IMG/VR virus record: IMGVR_UViG_3300038435_000048
Span: 12,277-76,276 of that record
DNA from: a virus
Taxonomy: Duplodnaviria > Heunggongvirae > Uroviricota > Caudoviricetes
Direction: 5' to 3' (one strand)
Length of the DNA stretch: 64,000 nucleotides
Shown: positions 28,119 through 38,300 of the stretch, piece by piece
Position numbering within the stretch: the first letter of the stretch is position 1
How the letters are laid out: every line of letters starts with the position of its first letter
The notes under the pieces: generated by a model
What the model saw: only the letters and a program-made list of their open reading frames with translations
The model's database searches: none
What the model was told of the DNA's origin: nothing
Position numbers and translations under genes: made by a program

Positions 28119-30072
28119 TATCGCCGCACCGTCATTCACCTTACCTGATTCGTTCCTCACAAAATACCGTGGCAAACAACCCGAGTGGGGACCGCTTGGC
28201 TATTTCACTTACAAGCGAACATACTCGCGTGCTATTGAAGGTGAAAGCCGCTCAGAAGAGTATTGGGAAACTTGTCGGCGTGTAGTCGAAGGCACGTTCA
28301 GTATTCAGCGTAACCATTGTAAGCGTAATCACTTACCATGGGACGAACGTAAGGCTCAACGCACAGCCAAACGTATGTTTGAGCTAATGTGGGCGTTCAA
28401 ATTCCTACCGCCTGGACGTGGCTTGTGGGCTATGGGCACGAAATACGTGCAAGAGCGTGGTGGTGCCGCACTTAACAACTGTGCATTCGTTAGCACAAAA
28501 GATTTGGCTACCGATCCAGTTAAGCCGTTCCTGTTCATAATGGATATGAGTATGGTTGGCGTGGGTGTAGGCTTTGACACCATGGGTGCTGGTAAGCTTA
28601 CGATCAAAGAGATCACGGTCAATAGGGCCGAACCATTTGTCGTTCCAGATACCCGCGAAGGTTGGGTTGAAGCGTTGCGACTTCTGCTAGAAGCGTACGT
28701 CAATGGCACTCCAGGCCCATGGTATGACTTTAGTTTGGTGCGACCAGAAGGTGCTCCCATCAAAGGCTTCGGTGGTACTGCCAGCGGACCTCAGCCTCTC
28801 ATTGAGATGTTGCAGGACATTCGCGGTATCCTCGACGGCAAGGTCGGGCAAACATTATCTTCGGCCGATATTGTTGACATCGGCAATCTCATTGGTAGGT
28901 GCGTCGTCGCGGGCAACGTTCGGCGTTCAGCCGAGATTGTATTTGGCGATCCTACTGACGAGACTTTTGCTCTTTTAAAGCAGGATAAAGCCAAGCTTAC
29001 GCATCATCGCTGGGCTTCCAACAATTCCATATTTGCAACTGTAGGTATGGACTATGCATGGCATGCTCGTCAGACAGCACTCAATGGTGAGCCTGGATAT
29101 ATGTGGCTTGACAACGCCCGTGCGTATGGACGCATGAAAGACCCTGCTGATTGGGCAGACCGCGAAGCCGTTGGTGGCAATCCCTGTCTAGAGCAGACAT
29201 TGCACCAATATGAACTTTGCACGCTCGTTGAGACCTTCCCTTCGAGACATGAAAGTCTCGAAGAGTATTTCGAGACTCTCAAGATTGCGTACTTGTACGC
29301 GAAGACTGTCACGCTTATTCCTACGCACTGGGCAGAGACTAACTCTGTCATGGCTAAGAATCGTCGCATTGGTCTGAGTCAGAGCGGTATTATCAAAGCA
29401 TTCGGTCGTCACGGCAGACGCGAGATGCTGCGTTGGTGCGACAAGGGATACGAATTCATCTCTGGGCTTGACGTACAGTATTCCAATTGGCTGGGTGTGC
29501 CCAAGTCGATTAAGAAGACTTCGGTCAAGCCCAGTGGGACTATTAGCTTACTGGCCGGTGAGCCACCGGGTATTCATTACCCGCATTCGGAATACTACAT
29601 CAGGCGAATCCGTGTGGGCACGACTTCGCCTTTGGTCGAATCAGCACGCCAAGCTGGCTACAAGATTGAGCCTGCCGTTGGCCAAGAGGCTAACACGGTT
29701 TGCATCGAGTTCCCGATCAAGGAAGAATTCTTCGTACGTTCGAAGGACGACGTATCGATCTGGGAGCAGGTTGCTAATGCAGTTGCGTACCAACGTTACT
29801 GGGCTGACAATCAAGTGTCTGTTACTGTGACTTTTAAGCCAGTTGAGAAGGAAGACATTCAACACATCCTTGAGCTATACGAGGATTCATTGAAGGGTAT
29901 TTCGTTCTTGCCGATTGAGGAGCACGGTTACGTTCAGGCACCGTACGAGACGATCACCAAAGAACAGTACCTTGAAATGTCGAAAGACTTGAAGCCTATC
30001 GTTTTCGACGACGCCTCGGAGGGCGACGCGGTAGCTCCTAAGTATTGCGATTCGGACTCTTGTGAACTATGA
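28111..30072 (+). CDS. nrdJ: ribonucleotide reductase class II, monomeric adenosylcobalamin-dependent (RTPR-like)
   Basis: N-terminus FTLPDSFLTKYRGKQPEWGPLGYFTYKRTYSR, NCAF, GGNPCLEQTL catalytic Cys region, ~650 aa. Confidence 0.8.
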   Translation: MFDIAAPSFTLPDSFLTKYRGKQPEWGPLGYFTYKRTYSRAIEGESRSEEYWETCRRVVEGTFSIQRNHCKRNHLPWDERKAQRTAKRMFELMWAFKFLPPGRGLWAMGTKYVQERGGAALNNCAFVSTKDLATDPVKPFLFIMDMSMVGVGVGFDTMGAGKLTIKEITVNRAEPFVVPDTREGWVEALRLLLEAYVNGTPGPWYDFSLVRPEGAPIKGFGGTASGPQPLIEMLQDIRGILDGKVGQTLSSADIVDIGNLIGRCVVAGNVRRSAEIVFGDPTDETFALLKQDKAKLTHHRWASNNSIFATVGMDYAWHARQTALNGEPGYMWLDNARAYGRMKDPADWADREAVGGNPCLEQTLHQYELCTLVETFPSRHESLEEYFETLKIAYLYAKTVTLIPTHWAETNSVMAKNRRIGLSQSGIIKAFGRHGRREMLRWCDKGYEFISGLDVQYSNWLGVPKSIKKTSVKPSGTISLLAGEPPGIHYPHSEYYIRRIRVGTTSPLVESARQAGYKIEPAVGQEANTVCIEFPIKEEFFVRSKDDVSIWEQVANAVAYQRYWADNQVSVTVTFKPVEKEDIQHILELYEDSLKGISFLPIEEHGYVQAPYETITKEQYLEMSKDLKPIVFDDASEGDAVAPKYCDSDSCEL

Positions 30073-30608
30073 AATCTGGTGATGTTATCGGGTCTTGGAC
30101 CGTCATTGAAGACGTGTCATTCTATCAACGTAACAACAAACGCGGAATGCTATTGTGTCGATGCGTCTGTGGCGTTGAGAAGAAGGTATGGAAATCTCAC
30201 TTAGAGGCTGGTGACAGCAAGTCTTGTGGATGTAAACGTCCAGGTGGAAAATCTCACTACAAGTGGACTGGCTGTGGTGAACTAGATGGCAATCACTGGA
30301 ATCAGATTGTACGCAATGCGACCGGCAAGAAGGGTCGTGCAGCATTCGCAATGACAATCACAATTGAAGACGCTTGGAATCTTTTTCTTACTCAAGACCG
30401 CAAATGTGCCCTCACTGGATTACAAATTCAACTAGGTAATGAGCGTACAGCGTCGTTAGATCGTATTGATAGCAGCCTTGGTTATGTATACGGTAACGTA
30501 CAGTGGGTACATAAAGACATCAACAGGATGAAGAACACGTTACCGCAGGGAAAGTTCGTAGCACTTTGCCATCTTGTATCAGAAAACTCTAGACAGACGA
30601 CCACATAG
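30069..30608 (+). CDS. HNH homing endonuclease (paralog of 20155-20691)
   Basis: LCRCVCGVEKKVW...KSCGC module shared with the 20155 ORF; C-terminal DRIDSSLGYVYGNVQWVHKDINRMK HNH-like. Confidence 0.7.
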   Translation: MKSGDVIGSWTVIEDVSFYQRNNKRGMLLCRCVCGVEKKVWKSHLEAGDSKSCGCKRPGGKSHYKWTGCGELDGNHWNQIVRNATGKKGRAAFAMTITIEDAWNLFLTQDRKCALTGLQIQLGNERTASLDRIDSSLGYVYGNVQWVHKDINRMKNTLPQGKFVALCHLVSENSRQTTT

Positions 30609-30624
30609 TCGTCATCATATCAAC

Positions 30625-30915
30625 ATGAAGAACACTCAGAAGTACGTCATCATCTTCGCCAAGGACGAAAAGGGCGAAGACATACACTACCGTTTCATGC
30701 TCTCGATCGGCAAGTCGATCAAATCGGTCGAGAAGTCATTGCTCGAAGCCCTGATGGGAACTGACGGCGTGGATCGCATGGAAATCCATGGTCGCTACAC
30801 AGCCGAGGTTGTCATTGCACGCTCGTTCGACGCCGAGGAAGTGCTGGCTGAATTGAGGCCAAAACTGGATGCGGCACTGAGCGACATCGTTGTACCAAAA
30901 TTGGTCATGCCATGA
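30625..30915 (+). CDS. hypothetical protein
   Basis: ORF. Confidence 0.35.
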   Translation: MKNTQKYVIIFAKDEKGEDIHYRFMLSIGKSIKSVEKSLLEALMGTDGVDRMEIHGRYTAEVVIARSFDAEEVLAELRPKLDAALSDIVVPKLVMP

Positions 30916-31112
30916 GAATTCATACCCTCAAACACTCCCATCTTGAAACGCATGGCACGGCACCGTACTCTGGTGTTGAAGTCAGTGCTGACAAGAAGTC
31001 ATTTGGCTTGACGTTCATGATCAATGAACACAATGGCGTTTATGTTTCTGACATGACTCGCAAGCAGTTGCAAGATTTGTACGACACTATTGAGCGAATG
31101 CTGGATCGCTGA
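30912..31112 (+). CDS. hypothetical small protein
   Basis: ORF. Confidence 0.3.
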   Translation: MRIHTLKHSHLETHGTAPYSGVEVSADKKSFGLTFMINEHNGVYVSDMTRKQLQDLYDTIERMLDR

Positions 31113-31113
31113 T

Positions 31114-31794
31114 ATGGAAAAAGGCTACACCATCCCCGTCCTCGGACAGGGGTACGTTCGTTACATCGACCACCTAGGCGACGACCTTCGTATTGTCGAG
31201 ACCGCACGGATCAGCTACAAGTCGCCTAGTAAAGGCGAAGAAGCTGACAAGAAGCTCTTGATGTACCTGCACAAGAATCGGCACACGAGTCCGTTCGAGT
31301 CGTGCAACATCACGTTCAATATCAAGATGCCTATCTTCTGTATGAGACAGTTCGTGCGTCACCGTACTTTCCGTCTCAATGAATGGAGTGGACGTTACTC
31401 AGAACTAGCCGATGAGTTCTACATGCCTGATGTCTGGAGAGTTCAAGACGACAAGAACAAACAAGGCAGTCTTGAAACAGATAAAGAACAGACATGGCAT
31501 GTGATTAACACTGGCCTCGCTCAAGAGGCTTTCAAGAATTGCTACAATACCTATCAGACTCTTTTGAGTCGTGGCGTGGCAAAGGAACTGGCCCGCGTTG
31601 TGCTGCCGGTGTCAATGTTCACGGAAGTGTATGTCAATGTGGATGTGCATAATCTCATGCACTTTTTGAGGTTGAGACAGGATGCCCACGCACAAAAAGA
31701 GATGCGTGATGTCGCTGATGCGATGGCTGAGATTTTCAAGGAACTGTATCCTTGGTCTTATGAGGCATATCAAAATAGTCGTTCGGGGAATTGA
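31114..31794 (+). CDS. thyX: FAD-dependent thymidylate synthase ThyX
   Basis: ThyX motif RHRTFRLNEWSGRYS. Confidence 0.85.
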   Translation: MEKGYTIPVLGQGYVRYIDHLGDDLRIVETARISYKSPSKGEEADKKLLMYLHKNRHTSPFESCNITFNIKMPIFCMRQFVRHRTFRLNEWSGRYSELADEFYMPDVWRVQDDKNKQGSLETDKEQTWHVINTGLAQEAFKNCYNTYQTLLSRGVAKELARVVLPVSMFTEVYVNVDVHNLMHFLRLRQDAHAQKEMRDVADAMAEIFKELYPWSYEAYQNSRSGN

Positions 31795-32492
31795 ATATGA
31801 AGTTTAGTTTGTCTTCCGCAGTTATGGGTGCGTGTATTGCGTTTGGTCTACTTGGTTTGAATTCGTTTCGATCACCGCGAGTAGATTGTTTGACACAGGA
31901 GCAGGAAGAAGTACTTGCTCTATTGAGCGTCACTACGATTCCTGATTGTGTAGAAGGACCAGGATACAACACATTGGTTTTAACTGGTGCTAACCTACAG
32001 ATTGTTAATGGTACAGGCTATACCGATACCACCAATGGTCTTGGCAACTTGATTGTTGGTTATGGTGGCACTGGTGGTACTATCTGCGACAACAGCGGAT
32101 CGCATAATGTGATTGTTGGTCAGAACAATGCCTATGCTTCATACGCTGGTCTTGCCACAGGACTGAATAATCAGATGCTAGCACCATTCAATGTAGTACA
32201 TGGTGGTGCAAACATCGCGTCTGATCAATTCAGTGAAGTCCTGGGAGGTCTCAACGGTCTTTCCGATCATGACTTTTCTGTGCTTGTTGGTGGATCATAC
32301 AATATTGCCGAGGGCGATTACTCAGTTGGTGTAGGTGGCGAATTTAACTCTGTCTCCAATAACTATGGAGTGACAGTAGGTGGATATTCTAATACCAATA
32401 CGGCTGACCATGGTGTGATGGATGGTGGTAGTACTCGTTCTATTTCTGGTCAATATGATTGGCGTGCAGGTAGTCTATTTGAGGACAACTGA
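31791..32492 (+). CDS. signal-peptide YadA-head-like beta-repeat protein (fiber/adhesin-like); paralog of 61692-62606
   Basis: N-terminal MNMKFSLSSAVMGACIAFGLLG hydrophobic segment; repeated xVxVGGxxNxAxG motifs; C-terminus DWRAGSLFEDN shared with the minus-strand paralog. Confidence 0.55.
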   Translation: MNMKFSLSSAVMGACIAFGLLGLNSFRSPRVDCLTQEQEEVLALLSVTTIPDCVEGPGYNTLVLTGANLQIVNGTGYTDTTNGLGNLIVGYGGTGGTICDNSGSHNVIVGQNNAYASYAGLATGLNNQMLAPFNVVHGGANIASDQFSEVLGGLNGLSDHDFSVLVGGSYNIAEGDYSVGVGGEFNSVSNNYGVTVGGYSNTNTADHGVMDGGSTRSISGQYDWRAGSLFEDN

Positions 32493-33157
32493 TGGCTAAT
32501 ATTGCGAAATTTATTAATGTCGTAGGACATAAGTATTTTCGTAATAAGGATCAATTCCTTCTTGAGGCTGAAATACGCTTCAAGAAGGAATGTTCTATTG
32601 ACGGTTGGGCTTCTGCTGGATTGATGAGTCTTATGAACCAAGCGGTTGGGGAATGTATATCTCCCGATGAATATTATCTTGAAATAGGTACTTACGCTGG
32701 TAGAAGTTTAGCTGGTGCCTTACAAGGCAATCATGCACTTGCTTACGTTATAGATAATTTCTGGGATAGTCAATCTCTGTTACCAACTTTCAAACATAAC
32801 ATTAAGACTTTTGCTATTGATGATCGTGTGGCTTATTATGAAGGTAATGCCGAAACGTTTACTGAGTCATTACCCAAGATCGGTGTCATGTTTTACGATG
32901 CCAATCACGATCGTGGATACACGCACTTCAATCTGAATAAGTTTGAATCGTTTTTGAGTGACGAAGCTATCATTATCATTGATGATCTTGAAATAGAAGC
33001 AGGGTTGGGGCACACTACTTATCCAGGCTATGAGATGAAGTCCATGACTCCTGTATTAGATGATACAATTCAGTGGCTTAGAGAACACCCCAAGAGCGAT
33101 CTTATGATGTTAACTCCATGGACCTTTAAGCAGGCGTGGATTCATTATAGACGCTGA
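32492..33157 (+). CDS. class I SAM-dependent (O-)methyltransferase, CmcI-like
   Basis: YYLEIGTYAGRSLAGAL ... VMFYDANHD ... IIIIDD. Confidence 0.55.
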   Translation: MANIAKFINVVGHKYFRNKDQFLLEAEIRFKKECSIDGWASAGLMSLMNQAVGECISPDEYYLEIGTYAGRSLAGALQGNHALAYVIDNFWDSQSLLPTFKHNIKTFAIDDRVAYYEGNAETFTESLPKIGVMFYDANHDRGYTHFNLNKFESFLSDEAIIIIDDLEIEAGLGHTTYPGYEMKSMTPVLDDTIQWLREHPKSDLMMLTPWTFKQAWIHYRR

Positions 33158-33183
33158 TATAGACTCTAATGATACCGATCCAA

Positions 33184-33211
33184 TGGGCCGCGTGAGTGGC
33201 CCATTAGTGTA
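33184..33211. terminator. intergenic hairpin (8-bp stem AATGGGCC/GGCCCATT, 8-nt loop); putative terminator or regulatory stem-loop ahead of the structural block
   Basis: Inverted repeat in the 104-bp gap 33158-33261, the largest + strand intergenic region. Confidence 0.4.
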
Positions 33212-33261
33212 TTACCTAATGGTCCCGTGTCGGTTCAGTGCCCTTTTAAGGGGAGTCTAGT

Positions 33262-33708
33262 ATGTCTTCAACGGTAGCATCAATTATTGGCAGCGGAACG
33301 CTGGTCCAAACTCGTGGTATTCTTCCGCCCTCTCAGCGTGGCACCCAGTCTAATGGCGAGGGCGTGCGTCTTGGCATGCAAGTCATGGTTGGCAATCCCG
33401 AGGACTTGAACTCGGTCGATGCATTTGCCGTGTCTGGTGTATCGCTCGCGGCAACTCCAGTTCGTATCTGGGGACCGGGCATTAACTCATTGCCAAGACA
33501 ACGCGAAGTGAAGATTAAGAATCAGGGTCCTGGCTCTGTGTACATTGGTCCGAACTCGACTTCGGTCATTGCACCTAGCGGTTTCCAGATTGCTCCACCA
33601 ACAGCGAACAACACGTTCAATGAAATCACGTTGCCAGTTCTATGGAACGTTGACATTTGGGCTAGAGCAGATGGCGGCGGTGCATCCGTAACGATCCTCG
33701 CGTACTAA
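33262..33708 (+). CDS. small putative virion protein, tandem paralog A
   Basis: Similar to the 33739 ORF (GEGV...NPE...; NxGPG..YIG); sits at the head of the fiber module. Confidence 0.45.
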   Translation: MSSTVASIIGSGTLVQTRGILPPSQRGTQSNGEGVRLGMQVMVGNPEDLNSVDAFAVSGVSLAATPVRIWGPGINSLPRQREVKIKNQGPGSVYIGPNSTSVIAPSGFQIAPPTANNTFNEITLPVLWNVDIWARADGGGASVTILAY

Positions 33709-33738
33709 GGGGACTCCCTTTGATGGAGAATACCCCTT

Positions 33739-34179
33739 ATGCCACGAGACTATAACTCTGTACTCGGGTCAGGTACGACACCGAACGTAGCTCAGTCGCC
33801 GCCTTACAGTATTGCGGACGGCACATTTCCCGTACCCGATCAACGCAACCACCTTCGCAACCGTCAAGGTGAAGGCGTTGTGGTCGTTAACCCCGAGAAT
33901 TTCTCGGTGTCAATTGGCCTGCGACAACAGGCCATTTCTGTGCCGGGCGGTACTGGTGTAGCATTGCCAGTGACGCCCCTCGAATACAGGCGAGCACTTG
34001 TATTACACAACTCTGGTCCTGGAATACTGTATATTGGACTTGTTGGTGTAACTACTGGTGACGGATTTCCTATCGCTGTGGGCGAGAAGATTTCAATCGA
34101 CTGTCAAGGCACTCCCAACGTAACCCTTTACGGCGTCTCTGACTCTACATCTGATGTCAGAGTGCTTGAGTTCGCGTAA
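33739..34179 (+). CDS. small putative virion protein, tandem paralog B
   Basis: Paralog of 33262-33708. Confidence 0.45.
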   Translation: MPRDYNSVLGSGTTPNVAQSPPYSIADGTFPVPDQRNHLRNRQGEGVVVVNPENFSVSIGLRQQAISVPGGTGVALPVTPLEYRRALVLHNSGPGILYIGLVGVTTGDGFPIAVGEKISIDCQGTPNVTLYGVSDSTSDVRVLEFA

Positions 34180-34577
34180 TGGTAAACGTTGGCGGCATTG
34201 TATCTGTCGGTGGTAGCTCCGGCGGCAGCGGTGGATCTACTTCTGGCATCACGTCAATCAACGGCCAGACTGGCCCTGCGATTGTTATTGTTGGCGTTAA
34301 TGGTATAACAGTCACAGCTGGCGGCAACCAAATTCTCATCGATGGTGCCGGTGCCTCGGGCACAACGAGCGGAGCGAGTAAGTTTGCCGCATCCTTTTCT
34401 TCTATTTCAAGTGGACTGTTCACACACAACTTAGGTACGCTTGATGTAATAGTTCAGGTGTACGATAATGGCGGTCCACGTCGTGCAATCATGCCTGACG
34501 ACATTATCATTGAAAATACTAATGAGATATCCATAATCTTCAACTCCCCACAATCGGGGAGAGTGGTCATTATTTAG
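34179..34577 (+). CDS. Gly/Ser-rich fiber-associated protein with a shared C-terminal domain
   Basis: GGSSGGSGGSTSG tract; C-terminal FTHNLGTLDVIVQVYDNGGPRRAIMPDDIIIENTNEISIIFNSPQSGRVVII is homologous to the C-terminus of 34602-35372. Confidence 0.5.
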   Translation: MVNVGGIVSVGGSSGGSGGSTSGITSINGQTGPAIVIVGVNGITVTAGGNQILIDGAGASGTTSGASKFAASFSSISSGLFTHNLGTLDVIVQVYDNGGPRRAIMPDDIIIENTNEISIIFNSPQSGRVVII

Positions 34578-34601
34578 TGTAATGATAGCTGGAGGAATAC
34601 C

Positions 34602-35372
34602 ATGGTAAGACTAAACGGCGATCTCATACCCGGCAGTAGCGGCCAAGCACACTTGGGTGTGAATGGTGGCGTAGGCGATGCATTTGATATAACCACGCTA
34701 ACACCGTTCGGTCATATCCATATGAACTCTGGCGTCTGGCACGACCCCATGACGGGGCAGTCAGGCGTCCTTAGATTTAGCCAAGCTGCTGGTGCAATGC
34801 AAGTCTCGGTTGACGGCGGTAGAACGTTCACGAATCTCGTGACGAGTGCCGGTACCGTTACATCTGTTGGCGTGCTTGGTGGGGCTAACCTTACTGGCGA
34901 CGTTGATGTTGCAACTCGTGCTAGTGGCTTCTTGGCCATTACTGATTCTACGGGTGCTTCACCACTATTTTTCGCAGTTGACAACCTTGGTTTGTCTGGT
35001 CTGTGGAGATTCCCAACACAAGGCTTCAACGGATCCGTTGTTAACGAATTGACGGACTTCAATGGTACAAAAGTACAAGGATCCGTTGCTGTTGTTGGTG
35101 CCTCTGGTGTTGTTGTTGACATCGTTGGACAAACAATGACGATCACTATGGGCAACGGAGTGGTCAGAGCATTCGCTCAGACGTTCGGTGCTGCTGTGAC
35201 GTGGACTGTCACACATAACCTTGGCACTTCCGATGTAATGGTTGATGTGTACGATGCTAATTCCCCACGCAACGCTATCATTCCTGACTCTGTTGCAATC
35301 ACAGATTCAAACACGGTAACAATTGGTTTCAACGTTGCACAGGCCGGTCGAGTGATGATCACAGGATTCTGA
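34602..35372 (+). CDS. tail fiber protein (short)
   Basis: N-terminus MVRLNGDLIPGSSGQAHLG is shared with the 1002-aa fiber; contains a HIHMNSGVWHDP repeat unit and the FAVDNLGLSGLWRFPTQGFNGSVVNELTDFNGT block. Confidence 0.6.
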   Translation: MVRLNGDLIPGSSGQAHLGVNGGVGDAFDITTLTPFGHIHMNSGVWHDPMTGQSGVLRFSQAAGAMQVSVDGGRTFTNLVTSAGTVTSVGVLGGANLTGDVDVATRASGFLAITDSTGASPLFFAVDNLGLSGLWRFPTQGFNGSVVNELTDFNGTKVQGSVAVVGASGVVVDIVGQTMTITMGNGVVRAFAQTFGAAVTWTVTHNLGTSDVMVDVYDANSPRNAIIPDSVAITDSNTVTIGFNVAQAGRVMITGF

Positions 35373-35373
35373 T

Positions 35374-38300
35374 ATGGCTAGAGTAACCGGAGATCTGTGG
35401 CCGCAGTCTAGCGGTACAGCTTCGTTGGGAGCGGAGATGACAAATGGTGGTCTTGGCCGCGAGATCCGTCCATTCGCAAGTATCCACCAGAACAGTGGTG
35501 TGTTCCATGATCCCAAGCATGGGACTTCGGGTGTCCTTAGATACACTCGTGTGCCACAAAATTTCGAACAGGGCTTTTTCGAAATGTCTGTGGACGGTGG
35601 TGCTAACTTCGCCAGAGTCGTGACTGGCTCCGTCGTTACTCAAGCGGACCTGCCTAATAGCAATAACGACATCGTCGGTCAGGTTGAATTTGGTAGTCAT
35701 GGTAGCGGTTTTGTGGCCGTTACGCTTGGTGGCTTCGGGGCAACATTCCTCTTTGCCGTTGATAACCTTGGACTATCTGGTTTGTGGGGATTTCCTACAC
35801 AGGGATTCAACGGCAAAGTTGTCAATGAACTCACCGACTTCAATGGCACGCGAGCACAGGGTGCTATCAGTGTTGTTGGTGCCTCCGGTATTGTTGTAGA
35901 CATCATCGGTAACACGATGACGATTGTGCAAGGAGCGGGCACGGCCCTACCTCCGACTGGCAACATTGTCCCTGACGCTAGCGGCACTCGCCACATTGGC
36001 TTTGAACCTGTTGGCGATATCCTAAGACCATACGCTTCCATTCACCAGAACAGTGGCGTGTTTCACGGTACATTTGGTGGCTCTGGCATCATTAGTTTTG
36101 TCGATCCAATTGATGACTTCCGTAGCTTCCCTGGTGGTCAAAATCGTGTTGACTATGGACACTTCGCCTTCTCAGCGGATGGTGGAATTACAAATCCGCT
36201 TTTGATTGGTGCTCGTCGTGACCCACTTGGATGGCCAACGTTACCAGATGGAGCCACGCTTCGTAATATCAACGGCCCCATTCATATCCTTTCTAGCGGC
36301 CTGAATATCAATACCGCTGGACAAGGCATGACTATTAACGCCTTTGATGGTGGCATTAACTTTGGTGCTAACTTTGGCATCACAATTCAGTCTGATCTGT
36401 TGCTGACATTGATGGCTAGTAGAAATGGCAATATCATTGCTACTGCCGGTACATCTGCTCTTGATGGTGGCCAGATCTCACTTTCTCCATTTGGTGGCAG
36501 TGGCACCTTATCGTACCAATTTGGCCCTCACCAGGGCTGGTACATCAAGACAAGTCATAGTAGCACTGGCGGACCATTCAATGATGGTAGTTGGCCAATT
36601 GCTCACTCTGGTAATGTAAACCAGTTGTTGAATGCTGCTGTTGCTACACTGAATACCTCTATTAATGCCTTGGGTGCAGACCTACAGAGCAACCTTGTTC
36701 CTGATTTTAGTGGTGTTCGTTATATTGGTTGGGTAGGCTATTCCACAAAAGCAATTAGACCCTACGCCCACGTTCACCAGAATAGTGGCGTGTTCCACAA
36801 CCCAACTCGTGGATCATCTGGTGTAATTCGTTTCCAGAATAGTGCATTGACATCGCCATCAAATGGTGACTACTTTGGATTCTCTTTCGATGGTGGCAAG
36901 TGGTATCCATTTGAGCTTGGTATCAACAAGACTCTTGAGGGTATTGGTGCTGATCTTCTTGCTCCGCATGGCGGCATGCGTGTTCTTGCTAGTGGTGCTC
37001 TTAGTCTGCACTCTGTGAATGATAATGTGGAGCTAACTACTGCTGCCGGTGACATTGTCATTGCTCCGGTCGGTAATGAAATCCACAACGTAACTGGACT
37101 CTATTCAGAAAACGTGGCTGGTAATCGATCTTCATCTGCTCAGGATGAATCGCATACCGTTGATGACAACTTTAGTGTTGTTGCTACAAACGGTGTGATT
37201 AACTTTGAAACATTGTCTGATGTTGGTGACATTACACTGAATAGTGTTGCCGATGTGATGCTAGAAGCGTTCAATCACAGTGGCGTTCTGTCATATAGAT
37301 TTGGTCGGCACCAGTCTTGGTACATTAAGACCACTCACAGCAACACGGGTGGACCGTACAATGATGGCTTCTGGCCGATTGCTCACTCTGGCAACGTTGC
37401 CCAGATGATTGCACAGGCTGGTGGAGGTTCCATTCCTGGTAACACAGGCGATGTGTTCTTCAATAATGCTGGAGCGTTGGCTACTGATAGTCTTGGACTA
37501 ACCTTCAACGACTCAATCAATGCCCTTGGCGTGAGTGGCCAGATTCAATTCGGTCGCAACAATAGCTTGTCTATTGATGCTACAGCCAAGGGGCCACGCT
37601 CTGGTTCTGGCGTCGCACAATTCTCTGCTATCAATCTGGCTGAGCGTCCGATGTTCGGGGCTTCGAACTCTGGCATGAACTTGCCATACTTTTTCCAGCC
37701 AGCACTATTCACCAAGCATATTTTTATGGTGATGCCATCTGTTTCGACATTAGTTTCGACATATGGTAACACATCAACAAACGCTGGTACAATTTCTCAT
37801 CCCGCAGCAGGTGTTGGCTCTGGTTTCATGGCCAACTTTGTGACGGGTGCATCTGCCAACTCTGCCGCTGGTACTGGTAGCAATAATACGCTTTACTATC
37901 GTGGTGCGATGTCTGGTGTGAACACTGGATTCTTCTACGCAACTCGTATTACATTGCCGGATGCAAACCTTGATGGTGGTAGAGTCTTCGCTGGATTGAC
38001 TGCTGGTTTGATGGCTAACATGGTAACAGCCGACGATCCTGCTGGGGACTATTGTGGATTCCAGTTCACAACTACACAAGCCAATCCAAAGAACTGGCAC
38101 TTCATTACTAAGGATGGTACTGCTCAGAATAGACAAGACACTGGTATCTCTTGCTCCGGCAATAGAATCTGGGATATGTACATCTATTCACCGCCATTCC
38201 CGAACAACAACGTTCTCTATTGGACGTTGCACGATGTGTCATGGAACAGAATCTCTAACGGCTATGCCATTAATCGTTTGCCGCGTGTCAACACTATCAT

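Noticed and set aside
33158-33261. A tRNA or small RNA gene in the 104-bp gap
   Set aside because: No acceptor-stem/T-arm complementarity could be assembled. GGTTCAGTGCC is only a superficial T-loop resemblance.
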